From positions 5,600,001-5,664,000 of the forward strand of contig OZ244065.1 of NCBI GenBank assembly GCA_965215505.1: a stretch of 64,000 nt of DNA, given 5' to 3'. Source of the stretch: Capsulimonadaceae bacterium. Lineage in GTDB: Bacteria; Armatimonadota; Armatimonadia; Armatimonadales; Capsulimonadaceae. This document shows, piece after piece, positions 9,252 through 18,803 of this stretch (positions are counted from its first letter, which is position 1; each line of letters opens with the position of its first letter). The position numbers were made by a program, and so were the translations under genes. The notes beneath the pieces were generated by a model that was not told where the DNA came from, ran no database searches, and saw only the letters and a program-made list of their open reading frames with translations.

Positions 9252-10658
9252 ATGATACCCGACGCGACGCCCGACGAAGTGCCTGACGAGACGCCCGACG
9301 AAGTCCGGGATGAAGACACCATCTGCGCGCTGGCGACCCCGCCCGGAACCGGCGGTCTGGGCGTCATCCGCGTCAGCGGCCCCGCCGCCTTCGCCATCGT
9401 GGACCGGGCGACCTGGCGGCCCAACCACACGCCCTGTGCGGGCTGGGCCGGCTACACCCTGCACCGCGCCGACATCGTCCACCCCACGGGCGAGGTGATT
9501 GACGACGTGCTGCTCGCCGTCTTCCACGCCCCGCGCTCCTACACCGGCGAGGACCTCGTCGAGATCTCCGCCCACGGCGGCCCGGTCCCGCTGCGGCAGA
9601 TACTGGGGCGTCTGATGCAGTGCGGGGCGCGGGCCGCCCGGCCGGGCGAATTCACGCAGCGCGCTTTCCTGAACGGCAAGATGGATCTGGCACAGGCTGA
9701 GGCCGTCGGCGACATCATCGCCGCCCGGACCGAGCAGGCCCACCGGCTCGCCCGGCGGCAGAGCGAGGGACGCCTCAGCGCCGCCGTCCGGGAGGTCCGG
9801 GAGATCGCCCTGGGCGTCCTGGCCCGGATCGAGGCCTCGATTGACTTCCCCGAAGACGTGGGCGAGCTGGACATTGATGTCTGCCGGTCCGAGCTGGACC
9901 TCGCGGAGCGCAAAGTCGGCACCCTGCTGGCGACCGCCGATCAGGGCATCCTGTACCGTGAGGGCCTGAAAGTGGTCCTTGCGGGCCGGCCCAACGTCGG
10001 CAAGTCGTCCCTGCTGAACGCCCTGCTGCGCGCCGACCGCGCCATCGTCACCGCCGTTCCGGGCACTACGCGCGATGTAATCGAGGAAACCCTGAACCTG
10101 CGCGGCATCCCCCTGCGCGCTGTGGACACGGCGGGCCTGCGCGAGACGGAAGACGAGGTGGAGCGCATCGGGGTCGCGCGGACGCGCGCCTCCCTCGCCG
10201 ACGCCGACATCGCCTTGCTCGTCCTGGACGCCACGGTCGGCGAGACTGAGGAAGACACCGCCCTGCGCGCCGAGCTGACGGGCCGCCCGCATATCGTCGT
10301 CTGGAACAAGTGGGATCTGAAGCCCGGCGAGGACCCGCCCGCCGGGGGAGTCGTCGTGTCTGCCGTGACCGGCTGGAACCTGGTCGCCCTGGAAGATGCC
10401 CTGGCCGCCCTGGCGTTGGGGGGCCGCGCCGCCGACACCGAAGACACGTTCGTCACCCACGCCCGCCACAAACAGGCGCTGGAGGCGGCGTCAGCGCATC
10501 TGGCGGACGCGCGCGGCACCCTGGACGCCGCCCTGCCCGCCGACTTCCTCTCCATTGACGTGCGGGGCGTCCTGTCCGCCCTGGGCGAGATCACCGGCGA
10601 GACGGCGGGGGAGGACGTAATCAGTGAGATATTTGCGCGTTTCTGCATCGGCAAATAG
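9252..10658 (+). CDS. mnmE: tRNA modification GTPase MnmE
   Basis: DTICALATPPG, PRSYTGED, GEFTQRAFLNGK, GRPNVGKSS, GTTRD, DTAG, NKWD, FCIGK. Confidence 0.97.
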   Translation: MIPDATPDEVPDETPDEVRDEDTICALATPPGTGGLGVIRVSGPAAFAIVDRATWRPNHTPCAGWAGYTLHRADIVHPTGEVIDDVLLAVFHAPRSYTGEDLVEISAHGGPVPLRQILGRLMQCGARAARPGEFTQRAFLNGKMDLAQAEAVGDIIAARTEQAHRLARRQSEGRLSAAVREVREIALGVLARIEASIDFPEDVGELDIDVCRSELDLAERKVGTLLATADQGILYREGLKVVLAGRPNVGKSSLLNALLRADRAIVTAVPGTTRDVIEETLNLRGIPLRAVDTAGLRETEDEVERIGVARTRASLADADIALLVLDATVGETEEDTALRAELTGRPHIVVWNKWDLKPGEDPPAGGVVVSAVTGWNLVALEDALAALALGGRAADTEDTFVTHARHKQALEAASAHLADARGTLDAALPADFLSIDVRGVLSALGEITGETAGEDVISEIFARFCIGK

Positions 10659-12516
10659 GCTCCTGGCTGCCTTCTTCCTGCTTGTCCTGTTCATGCCGGG
10701 CGCGGTTGCCGCGCCTACAAACAAAACGCCCCTTTACACCTACGACCTCGCGCCCGTCCTCGCCTACGACCTGCACACCGAGCGCGGCAGCCGGAAGGCC
10801 TGGACCGAGGCGCATCTGGTCGCCGCCCTGCAAGGCCTGGTCAACCGGAATCGCCCCCGCCTCTACATCACCTACGTCAGCGGCGACACGGGCAGACCGG
10901 GCGGCGTTGACCGTTTCTGGCTGGATCACCTGCGCGCGCCCGGCGGCTGGCTCGCCAAGATGCCGCTGCGCCCGCTGCCGACTTTGGAAAGCCTGGTCCA
11001 GACCTTCCGCCCGCAGATCAAGGGCATCGTCCTCTATGACCTGCACGTCCCCGCCACGAGCAGCGTCGCCTCGACGGCGGCGGGCTGTGAGGACCTCCTG
11101 CCCGTCGCGTATGACCCGGCTCCCGGCTCCGTCTACGACCGCCTCGTCGCCCACGGCCCGCGCCTGCCGGTCAGACTGCGCCTCCTGCACACCGACGGCT
11201 CGCCGCTGTTCACCGGGGCAGAAACCGGCAGCGCCAAGTGTGACGCCTACCTGTGGGCCAAGCGCCACTATCTGGACACGGGGCGGTGTGACCCGACCCT
11301 CCTGGCCTATTACATCGACTCCTGGTGGCTGACCGCGCCCACGAAGTCCGGCCCGGACACGCACGGGCTGTCCGACCATGACTACTTCATCGCCCATCGC
11401 GCCTTCTTCTTCGACCTCTCCCCGTGGGACGACGAGAAGCCGCAGGACGACCCCGATCAGCCGCTCGGCGCGGACACCCGGACGCTGACGGCGATCCTGC
11501 GTACCGCTTATAATCAGACATTGGGCCGGAGCATGATCCACGTCGGAGGCTTCGTCCCCTGGGCCTGGAAGTACACGCGAACTGCTGGGGGTGGGCACGG
11601 CGATGTCGCCACCGAATGGCGCTACGCGGCCATCCTGTCCTGCTTTAACGCCTACATGGACGCCGACGCGTTGGGCCTGAACGCCATGGCAAACGCCTCC
11701 GTCTTCGCCCTGTTTCCCCGCCAAACTCACTACCCGCAAGCCAAGCCGACCGCCGCCGACTGGGCCAAAGCAGGCGACTTGGATGGTACTGGAGGTGTCG
11801 CGCCCTACACCTACATCACGTTCTACGTCGGCGACTACGACTCGGCGGCCTGGCTCTATCAGCGTCTCCCCGCCCTCTGGAACGACCCGGCGCGCGGGTC
11901 CGTCCCGCTCGGCTGGGCGTTCAACCCGAACCTCGCCGACCGCTTCCCCATCGGCCTGGATTGGGCGCGTCGCACGGCCACCGCCAACGACCACTTCATG
12001 GCGGGCGACTCGGGCGCGGGCTACCTCAACCCCGGTAACCTCGACGGCGACCGCCCGTTCTCGCACCTTCCTTCCGGCCTGACCGCTTGGGAGGCGCACT
12101 GTCGCCGCTATTATCAGGCCTGGGGCCTGTCCCTGACCGGGTTCGTCATTGACGGCGATGCGCGCCCCATGTCCGCCGCCGCCCTGGCCGCCTACGCCCG
12201 CTTCTCCCCGGACGGGTTTGTCGCCCAAAAGCTGCCCGCCTATTCGGGCCTGGTCCCCGGCACCCAAACGCCTTACCTGACGATGGGGGCCGACATGCCG
12301 AACCCGGACCAGACTGACGAAGCAGTTCATCGCATCGGGGCGACGCTTGAAGGGGATAGGGGCGCGGGGCCACACTTCCACATCTTCCGCACCATCCTCT
12401 GGTCGCCGTCCGCCCATCAAAGGCTGTTCACGCGCCTACGAGCATCGCCCAACGTCCGCATCGTGGACCCGTACACGCTCCTGGGCCTGCTGCGCCGCCG
12501 CCTGACGCAAAAATAA
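10624..12516 (+). CDS. Secreted GxGYxYP-domain protein (putative glycoside hydrolase)
   Basis: Signal peptide; ALQGLVNR, YVGDYDS, PLGWAFNP, DSGAGYLNP. Confidence 0.75.
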   Translation: MRYLRVSASANRLLAAFFLLVLFMPGAVAAPTNKTPLYTYDLAPVLAYDLHTERGSRKAWTEAHLVAALQGLVNRNRPRLYITYVSGDTGRPGGVDRFWLDHLRAPGGWLAKMPLRPLPTLESLVQTFRPQIKGIVLYDLHVPATSSVASTAAGCEDLLPVAYDPAPGSVYDRLVAHGPRLPVRLRLLHTDGSPLFTGAETGSAKCDAYLWAKRHYLDTGRCDPTLLAYYIDSWWLTAPTKSGPDTHGLSDHDYFIAHRAFFFDLSPWDDEKPQDDPDQPLGADTRTLTAILRTAYNQTLGRSMIHVGGFVPWAWKYTRTAGGGHGDVATEWRYAAILSCFNAYMDADALGLNAMANASVFALFPRQTHYPQAKPTAADWAKAGDLDGTGGVAPYTYITFYVGDYDSAAWLYQRLPALWNDPARGSVPLGWAFNPNLADRFPIGLDWARRTATANDHFMAGDSGAGYLNPGNLDGDRPFSHLPSGLTAWEAHCRRYYQAWGLSLTGFVIDGDARPMSAAALAAYARFSPDGFVAQKLPAYSGLVPGTQTPYLTMGADMPNPDQTDEAVHRIGATLEGDRGAGPHFHIFRTILWSPSAHQRLFTRLRASPNVRIVDPYTLLGLLRRRLTQK

Positions 12517-12562
12517 TTTTGCGGCGATGTTTCGGCCCGAAACCCGCCGGGTATCATGTTCT

Positions 12563-12690
12563 CGTAAGACAACCGAATAGCGACAACTAAAAAGTGCCTC
12601 ACAACCGAATATAGACAACTTCATAGTGCCGACCAAAACCGAATACATAAACCACGAACAGCCCCCGGAACCACCGGGGGCTGTTCTTAT
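12563..12690 (+). ncRNA. Candidate repeat-containing small RNA
   Basis: TATCAT at 12552-12557; two 30-nt repeats (12569-12598, 12601-12630) plus a third AACCGAATA core; followed by a 13-bp terminator. Confidence 0.55.
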
Positions 12691-12692
12691 GT
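12656..12692 (+). terminator. Intrinsic terminator
   Basis: GAACAGCCCCCGG-aacca-CCGGGGGCTGTTC perfect 13-bp stem, then TTATGTT. Confidence 0.75.
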
Positions 12693-12704
12693 TCTGTCTT
12701 CGCA

Positions 12705-13427
12705 ATGCTCTCCGTCATCATCCCCACGCTTAACGAGGCCGCGCAGCTTCCCGACACGCTGAACCGTGCTTGGGCCGCCCTGCGGCTCGGCGACGAGATC
12801 ATCGTCGCCGACGGCGGCAGCACCGACGACACGCGCGGACTTGCCTGCGCTTCCGGCGCGCGAGTGATTAGCTCCCCACGTGGGCGCGGCACCCAGATGA
12901 ACGCCGGTGCGGGCGCGGCGACCGGAGACACCCTGCTGTTTCTCCACGCCGACACGCACCTGCCCTCCGACGCCTCCGACCTCATCCGACGCGCCCTCGA
13001 CGACCCTACCTTGCTGGGCGGCAACTTCACCCTCCGGTTCGACGCCTCCGGCTTGCTCCCTCGCCTCTTCGCCGCCGTCTACAACGCCCGCTCTCGCCGC
13101 TCCCGCCTGTTCTACGGGGACAGCGCCCTCTTCGTGCGCCGTGATGTTTTCGACGCCCTGGGCGGTTACAAGGAGGCCATACTGATGGAAGACCATGCTT
13201 TCTGCCTCGCCCTGCGCGCCGAAGCCAGACGCCGCGATGCCACTGCTCCCCTGTCCCATATGCTGCCGATGCTTCCGGCACCGGTCGTCACCAGCGCGCG
13301 CCGCTTCCACGGCAGGCGCGGCCTGGCCTGGCGCATGATCGGTGTGTGGACGCTGCTGCATCTGCTCTACATGCTGGGGGTAAAGGCCGAAGCACTGGAA
13401 CGCCGGTTCTACCCGCCGAAGGGGTAG
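12705..13427 (+). CDS. Family 2 glycosyltransferase (TIGR04283-like)
   Basis: LSVIIPTLNE, DGGSTD, GRGTQMNAGA, LLFLHADT, YGDSALFVRR, MED, TSARRF. Confidence 0.88.
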   Translation: MLSVIIPTLNEAAQLPDTLNRAWAALRLGDEIIVADGGSTDDTRGLACASGARVISSPRGRGTQMNAGAGAATGDTLLFLHADTHLPSDASDLIRRALDDPTLLGGNFTLRFDASGLLPRLFAAVYNARSRRSRLFYGDSALFVRRDVFDALGGYKEAILMEDHAFCLALRAEARRRDATAPLSHMLPMLPAPVVTSARRFHGRRGLAWRMIGVWTLLHLLYMLGVKAEALERRFYPPKG

Positions 13428-13449
13428 GAATCAGGTACAATCCCTTCCG

Positions 13450-14253
13450 ATGACACACGCCACCCTCACCCACATCAACGTCTACCCTGTCAAATCGCTC
13501 GGCGGCTGCTCGGCGGACGTGGCTGCCGTCGAGCCGCGCGGCCTGCGGCATGACCGCCGCTGGATGGTCGTGGACCAGAAGGGCCGGTTTTTGACCCAGC
13601 GCGCTCTGCCGCGCATGGCGCTCGTCAAGGTTGGCCTGACGCCGAATGGGCTGATGCTCACAGCGCCCGGAATGGAACCCTTGAGTGTGTCCTGTGAGCC
13701 GGAAGTCCCGGCCCGGCGTCAGACCGTACAGGTCTGGTCGAGCGTCTGTGAGGCAGTGCCGGTGGGGGAGGCGGCGGATGGGTGGTTTACGGACTATTTG
13801 GACGTTCCCTGCCGCCTCGTTTTCATGCCCGACGAGACGCGGCGACCGGTCAATCCCGAGTACAGCGCGGGCGAGGGCATCGTCAGCTTCGCCGACGGCT
13901 ACCCGCTCCTGCTGCTGGGCGAGGCGTCGCTGGCCGACCTGAACACGCGGCTGGAAATGCCGGTGCCGATGGACCGCTTCCGGCCAAACCTCGTCGTCTC
14001 CGGGGTGCCCGCGTATGTGGAAGACGGCTGGACTAAGGTTCGCATCGGGGACGCGACGTTCTACGGTGTCAAGCCGTGTGACCGCTGCGGCCTCATCACC
14101 GTAGACCAGGAGGCGGGCGAGGCCACCGGCCCCGAGCCGTTGAAGACGCTGGCGACGTACCGGACCAAAGATCAGAAGGTCCTTTTCGGCCGGCTGCTCA
14201 TCCCGGACGGAACGGGCGTCGTGCGCGTCGGCGACGCCGTCGAGGTGCTATGA
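13450..14253 (+). CDS. MOSC domain protein (YcbX/mARC-like)
   Basis: YPVKSLGG, DRRWMVVD, FADGYP, RFRPNLVV, KPCDRC. Confidence 0.92.
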   Translation: MTHATLTHINVYPVKSLGGCSADVAAVEPRGLRHDRRWMVVDQKGRFLTQRALPRMALVKVGLTPNGLMLTAPGMEPLSVSCEPEVPARRQTVQVWSSVCEAVPVGEAADGWFTDYLDVPCRLVFMPDETRRPVNPEYSAGEGIVSFADGYPLLLLGEASLADLNTRLEMPVPMDRFRPNLVVSGVPAYVEDGWTKVRIGDATFYGVKPCDRCGLITVDQEAGEATGPEPLKTLATYRTKDQKVLFGRLLIPDGTGVVRVGDAVEVL

Positions 14254-15068
14254 CGAAAGACAACGAGACGCCACTGCTCCAGATCGACCGGGCCACGCTC
14301 GTCAAAGGCGGCGCGCGCATCCTGGACGACCTGAGCCTCACCATCGGGTCAGGCGAACACACCGCCATCGTCGGCCCCAACGGGTCCGGCAAGTCCTCCC
14401 TCATCAAGCTCATCACGCGCCAGCACTACCCGCTGGCGGGCGCAGACGGCAGGCCCAAGATCACGCTCTTTGGCCGCGCCCGGTGGGACGTCTTCGAACT
14501 CCGGACGCTGCTCGGCATCGTCTCCGCCGACCTGCACCAGACCTTCGTCAATGACGGCGCGCTCACAGGCTCCGAGGTCATCCTGTCCGGCTTCTTCGCC
14601 TCGCAGGGTTTAGCAAAACACCATGCCGTGACATCGGCCATGCGCGAACGGGCGCGGGAGGCTTTAGACCTGATGGAAGCCGGTCCGCTCGCGGGCAAGC
14701 CGATGGCGCACATGTCCACGGGGGAGGCGCGGCGCATCCTGATCGCCCGCGCCCTCGTCCACGACCCGCGCGCCCTGCTGCTGGACGAGCCGACGACGGG
14801 CCTTGACCTGATCGCGCGCCGCCGTTTCTTGGAGACGCTGCGGCGCATCGCCGAGCGCGGCACGACCCTCGTTCTGGTCACGCACCACGTCGAGGAGATC
14901 CTGCCGGAGATCGGGCGCGTCGTCTTGATGAAGGCCGGCACGGTCTTCCGCGACGGCGCAAAAGAAGACATCCTGACGCCGCCGACCCTGTCCGCGCTGT
15001 TCGACGCGCCGGTTCAGGTCCGCGAAGAGGCGGGCTACTACGCGGCGGGGTACAATAGCGTCCTATGA
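14250..15068 (+). CDS. ABC transporter ATP-binding protein (ModF/YlmA-like)
   Basis: Walker A GPNGSGKS, signature MSTGE, LLLDEP, VTHH. Confidence 0.88.
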   Translation: MTKDNETPLLQIDRATLVKGGARILDDLSLTIGSGEHTAIVGPNGSGKSSLIKLITRQHYPLAGADGRPKITLFGRARWDVFELRTLLGIVSADLHQTFVNDGALTGSEVILSGFFASQGLAKHHAVTSAMRERAREALDLMEAGPLAGKPMAHMSTGEARRILIARALVHDPRALLLDEPTTGLDLIARRRFLETLRRIAERGTTLVLVTHHVEEILPEIGRVVLMKAGTVFRDGAKEDILTPPTLSALFDAPVQVREEAGYYAAGYNSVL

Positions 15069-15937
15069 ACGGCGTACTGAACATTGACAAACCCGCCGGG
15101 ATGACCTCGCATGACGTCGTCGCCCGCGTCCGGCGCGTCGCGCATCTGAAGCGAGTCGGCCATGCGGGGACACTTGACCCGGACGCGACCGGGGTGCTGC
15201 TGGTGTGCCTCGGCGCGGCCACGCGCCTCTCGGACTTCCTGGCCGACGAGGGCAAGCAGTACCGGGCGACTCTGGCCCTGGGCGTGACGACGACGACCGA
15301 GGATGCGTCCGGGGAAGTGCTTACCCGTACAGACGCGAGCCACATCACCGCGTCGGATTTGGCCGCCGTCCTGCCGCGATTCCTCGGCGACGTGTCCCAA
15401 ATCCCGCCGATGGTGAGCGCGGTGCATCACGAGGGGCGGCGGCTGTATGAACTGGCGCGGGAGGGGGTGACAGTCGAGCGGGCAGCCCGGACGATTCGGA
15501 TTGACACGCTTACCATGGCCGACTTCGTGCCGGGCGAAGTGGCGACGGCAACTCTCGAAGTCTCGTGCGGCAAGGGGACCTACATCCGTACCCTCTGCGC
15601 CGATCTGGGCGCGGCACTCGGGGTGGGGGGGCACATGGCGACCCTGCGCCGGACGCGCGTCGGCGCGTTCGGGGTCGAGGCGGCGACGCCGCTGGCCGAC
15701 CTGGCCGAGGAGAACCTGCCGACCCTGCTGGTTTCGCCCGCCGACGCCCTGGACAGCCTGCCCGCCCACCGCGCCGACAACGACGCGGACGCGGACGCGA
15801 TCCGGCACGGGCGCGCTCTCCCCTCGCCCCTGCCGCCGGATACCGTCGCCCGCATCCTGGACGCGCAGGGCGCGCTCCTCGCGCTGGGCCGGGCGGACGG
15901 GGAACAACTCCGCCCGTTCAAGGTGTTCGCCTTGTGA
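15065..15937 (+). CDS. truB: tRNA pseudouridine(55) synthase
   Basis: DKPAGMTSHD, VGHAGTLDP, QIPPMVSA, CGKGTYIRTL. Confidence 0.97.
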   Translation: MNGVLNIDKPAGMTSHDVVARVRRVAHLKRVGHAGTLDPDATGVLLVCLGAATRLSDFLADEGKQYRATLALGVTTTTEDASGEVLTRTDASHITASDLAAVLPRFLGDVSQIPPMVSAVHHEGRRLYELAREGVTVERAARTIRIDTLTMADFVPGEVATATLEVSCGKGTYIRTLCADLGAALGVGGHMATLRRTRVGAFGVEAATPLADLAEENLPTLLVSPADALDSLPAHRADNDADADAIRHGRALPSPLPPDTVARILDAQGALLALGRADGEQLRPFKVFAL

Positions 15938-16905
15938 TGACAGCCATGCGTACCATTTACCCGCTCCAAGACTCGCCGGAGACGCTGAAAGACACCGCCG
16001 TCGCCATCGGCGTCTTCGACGGCGTCCACCGGGGGCACCAGGAGATTCTAAAGCAGACCGTCCGCGAGGCCCGCTCGCAGGGGCTGACGCCGGTCGCGCT
16101 GACCTTCGACATCCACCCCACGGAACTTTTCGCCCCCCAGCAGTCGCCGCCCTACATCGCCTCGCTCTCGCAGCGGGTGGAACTCATGGAAGAGTTCGGC
16201 GGGGGGATCGAGGCCGTCGCCGTGGTCCGCTTCGACAAGGCTTTCGCGGGCCTGTCACCCGAAGCGTTCGTCGCGGACGTTCTGGAAGGGACGCTGGGCG
16301 CGCGCCACGTCCTGGTCGGCGCGGACTTCTGCTACGGGACACGCCGGTCGGGGTCAGTGACGACCCTGCTGCGCGACGGCGCGCGTAACGGCTTCGCCGT
16401 CACCGTCGTGCCGCCCATCCTCATCGGCGGCGAGCGCGTCAGCAGCACCCAGATACGCGGCCTGGTGGCGGGCGGCGACCTGCCCGCCGCAACGCACCTG
16501 CTGGGCCACCCGTTCGTCGTGCAGGGCGTCGTCGGCCACGGCAAGCGGCTCGGCAGGACACTGGGCTACCCGACCGCGAACCTCGTCCCGACGCAGCCCG
16601 GCCAGCTCCTGCCCGGCAACGGCGTTTATGCGGCCTATGCCCGATTGGCGGACGGGCGGACTGTGCGTGCCGCCGTCAGCGTCGGCACGAACCCGACGAC
16701 GGACACCGACGGGGGCCGCAAAGTGGAGGCGTTCCTGATGGACGGCTTCGCCGGGGACCTGTACGACCAGCCCTTCGCCCTGGACTTCCGGGAGAAGGTA
16801 CGGGACGAGCAGAAATTCGACGGCCTTGATGCTCTGGTTACGCAGATGGGCCGAGACGTTGTGGAAGTCGCGGCACTGCTCACGTTGCCGGGCGCTACTT
16901 TTTAG
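15937..16905 (+). CDS. ribF: Bifunctional riboflavin kinase/FAD synthetase
   Basis: IGVFDGVHRGHQ, VSSTQIR, GRTLGYPTAN, GTNPT; ATG at 15937. Confidence 0.96.
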   Translation: MTAMRTIYPLQDSPETLKDTAVAIGVFDGVHRGHQEILKQTVREARSQGLTPVALTFDIHPTELFAPQQSPPYIASLSQRVELMEEFGGGIEAVAVVRFDKAFAGLSPEAFVADVLEGTLGARHVLVGADFCYGTRRSGSVTTLLRDGARNGFAVTVVPPILIGGERVSSTQIRGLVAGGDLPAATHLLGHPFVVQGVVGHGKRLGRTLGYPTANLVPTQPGQLLPGNGVYAAYARLADGRTVRAAVSVGTNPTTDTDGGRKVEAFLMDGFAGDLYDQPFALDFREKVRDEQKFDGLDALVTQMGRDVVEVAALLTLPGATF

Positions 16906-17659
16906 GCTTGCTCATCTGCACCATCTGACTGAGCATGAACGCCGGGGCGATCCGGCTCATCGTCTTCAGCACGTTGCTCAGGCCGGGTCGGATCTCCAGC
17001 CTCCCCGCCTCGATCCCGGCGATGGCCTGCTTCGCCAGAACCCCCACGTCCATCCCCTTCTGCCCCTTTAATTCCTCCGCGAACTCGCCCCGGAACAGCG
17101 GCGTCTCGACGCCGGGCGGGGCCAACTCGATCACGGTAACGCCCGTCCCGTCGAGCTGGACGCGCAGGGACTGTGTGAAGGAGTGGAGGGCGGCCTTCGT
17201 AGCGCAGTAGACCGGCGAGAGGGGCAATGGGATGAAGGCCAGGCCGGACGTCACGTTGACGATCAGGGGGGCCTTCTGGGTCTTGAGGTGCGGGAGGAAC
17301 TGCTGGATCATCCGCACCGGGCCGCTCAGGTTGGTCTCGATCTCGCGCGTCACGTCGCTCAGGCCGTGCTCCTGGTTGAGATTCAGGTTCCGCATGATGC
17401 CAGCGTTGTTGATGAGGGTGTCGAGGGCGGGGAAGCGCGCGAGTAGGGCGTCATGCAGCGCGGTGATGGCTTTCGGGTCGCTCACGTCGCTTTTGAAGGT
17501 GTGAACACCGGGCAGCGCCCGTTCGGCGGCGTCCAGCTTTTCCCGGTTTCGACCGGTGACGAGGACCGTGTTGCGCCGCTGGAGGAGCTGCTTCGCCAAC
17601 TCCAGGCCGATCCCGCTGGTTCCTCCGGTGATCAGGACGGTTCTGTTTTCTAGTTTCAT
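16895..17659 (-). CDS. Short-chain dehydrogenase (DltE-like)
   Basis: TGGTSGIG, NNAG, YCATKAALHSF. Confidence 0.92.
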   Translation of the reverse strand: MKLENRTVLITGGTSGIGLELAKQLLQRRNTVLVTGRNREKLDAAERALPGVHTFKSDVSDPKAITALHDALLARFPALDTLINNAGIMRNLNLNQEHGLSDVTREIETNLSGPVRMIQQFLPHLKTQKAPLIVNVTSGLAFIPLPLSPVYCATKAALHSFTQSLRVQLDGTGVTVIELAPPGVETPLFRGEFAEELKGQKGMDVGVLAKQAIAGIEAGRLEIRPGLSNVLKTMSRIAPAFMLSQMVQMSKPKK

Positions 17660-17679
17660 GGCCCCTCTGCTTTCCGGGT

Positions 17680-17985
17680 TCAGACTTGCGGTCCGACCTC
17701 AAAGTCGAAGTCAATGACGCTCTCCAGGATCGGCTTCAGATGCGTCTCGATGACGGCGCGGTGGGCCTGGTGCGGGCCGTAGGCGTCGAACGAGGCCCGG
17801 TCGGAGAAGCGGATGACCAGGGCGTGCGTGTAGCCCTGCGCTTTGCCTGAGAAGTCGGCACCGCAGGCCAGGGACGCAATGCCTGGAATGCTGTCCTTCA
17901 GGGCGCGCAGACCTTCTATGCCTGCCCCGATCTGCTCGGCGGTTGCTTCGATCTTCCAGCGGAACAGTACGATGTGTTCGATCAT
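17680..17985 (-). CDS. Dabb family stress-responsive A/B-barrel protein
   Basis: MIEHIVLFRWK...IPGI...GYTH...Y..H.AH; RBS GAGGGAAGGA region upstream. Confidence 0.88.
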   Translation of the reverse strand: MIEHIVLFRWKIEATAEQIGAGIEGLRALKDSIPGIASLACGADFSGKAQGYTHALVIRFSDRASFDAYGPHQAHRAVIETHLKPILESVIDFDFEVGPQV

Positions 17986-18001
17986 GGTGTTCGTCCTTCC
18001 C

Positions 18002-18778
18002 TCATTCGCCCAGTCTTGAGGCAGACATGGCATCGTTCATCGTCTTGAAGAAGTCATCATAGCCGCCATTGGCCTCGGCGAAGCGCCGCGACTTCACCCG
18101 CTCCACGCAGATCTCGGTGGCCTCGGGCGAGTTCGTGAGGATGCTCATGGACTCGGCGATGTAGTCGGCCAGCGGCATCGCCATGGGGTCGTTGGCCTGG
18201 CGGTTCCCCATCAGACCTGTCTGCACATAGGGCGGGATGAGTTCCAGGACCTCGACCGAGGTATCCTGGAGCTGGTAGCGCAAGGATTGCGTGTAGGAGT
18301 GGAGCGCGGCCTTGGTCGCGGAGTAGGTCGGCGTCATCGCCAGCGGCATGAACGCCAGCCCGGACGTGACGTTCATGATCGTGGCGCGGGGCTGTTTCAG
18401 CAGAGCCGGCAGCAGGGCGGCCGTCAGGCGGATCGGGCCGAGCAGGTTGGTCGCGACCGTGGCTTCCATGTCGGCAAGCGGCTCCTGCTGGTCGAGCAGC
18501 TTCTCGTTCTTCATGACGCCTGCCATGTTGATGAGGACGTTGAGCCTAGGGTAGTCCTGGATCACCTGGGCGGCGAACGCACGGATGCTGCCCGCGTCCG
18601 CCATGTCCACCGTCAGGGATTCCATGCCGGGGTTGGCCCCGGTCGTCTCGTCCAGGCGGCTCTGCCCGCGCCCGGCGATGATGACCCGGTTGCCCAGCGT
18701 GTGGAAGGCTTCGGCCAGGCCGCGCCCGATGCCGGAGCCGCCGCCCGTGATGAGGATCGTGTTGTCAGTCATTTTCAT
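18002..18778 (-). CDS. Short-chain dehydrogenase (DltE-like)
   Basis: TGGGSGIG, YSATKAALHSY, ELIPPYVQT. Confidence 0.92.
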   Translation of the reverse strand: MKMTDNTILITGGGSGIGRGLAEAFHTLGNRVIIAGRGQSRLDETTGANPGMESLTVDMADAGSIRAFAAQVIQDYPRLNVLINMAGVMKNEKLLDQQEPLADMEATVATNLLGPIRLTAALLPALLKQPRATIMNVTSGLAFMPLAMTPTYSATKAALHSYTQSLRYQLQDTSVEVLELIPPYVQTGLMGNRQANDPMAMPLADYIAESMSILTNSPEATEICVERVKSRRFAEANGGYDDFFKTMNDAMSASRLGE

Positions 18779-18803
18779 GCTTCTTCTCCTGTCTGTACTC
18801 GTG

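Noticed and set aside
12569-12650. CRISPR array or type III toxin-antitoxin locus
   Set aside because: The repeats are nearly adjacent with no unique spacers, there are no cas genes, and the downstream gene is a glycosyltransferase rather than a ToxN/AbiQ-like toxin.
12705-15068. Arsenosugar or molybdate-uptake operon
   Set aside because: No ArsM, radical SAM or DUF2064 partner and no ModA/ModB are present; family-level calls cannot support a pathway.
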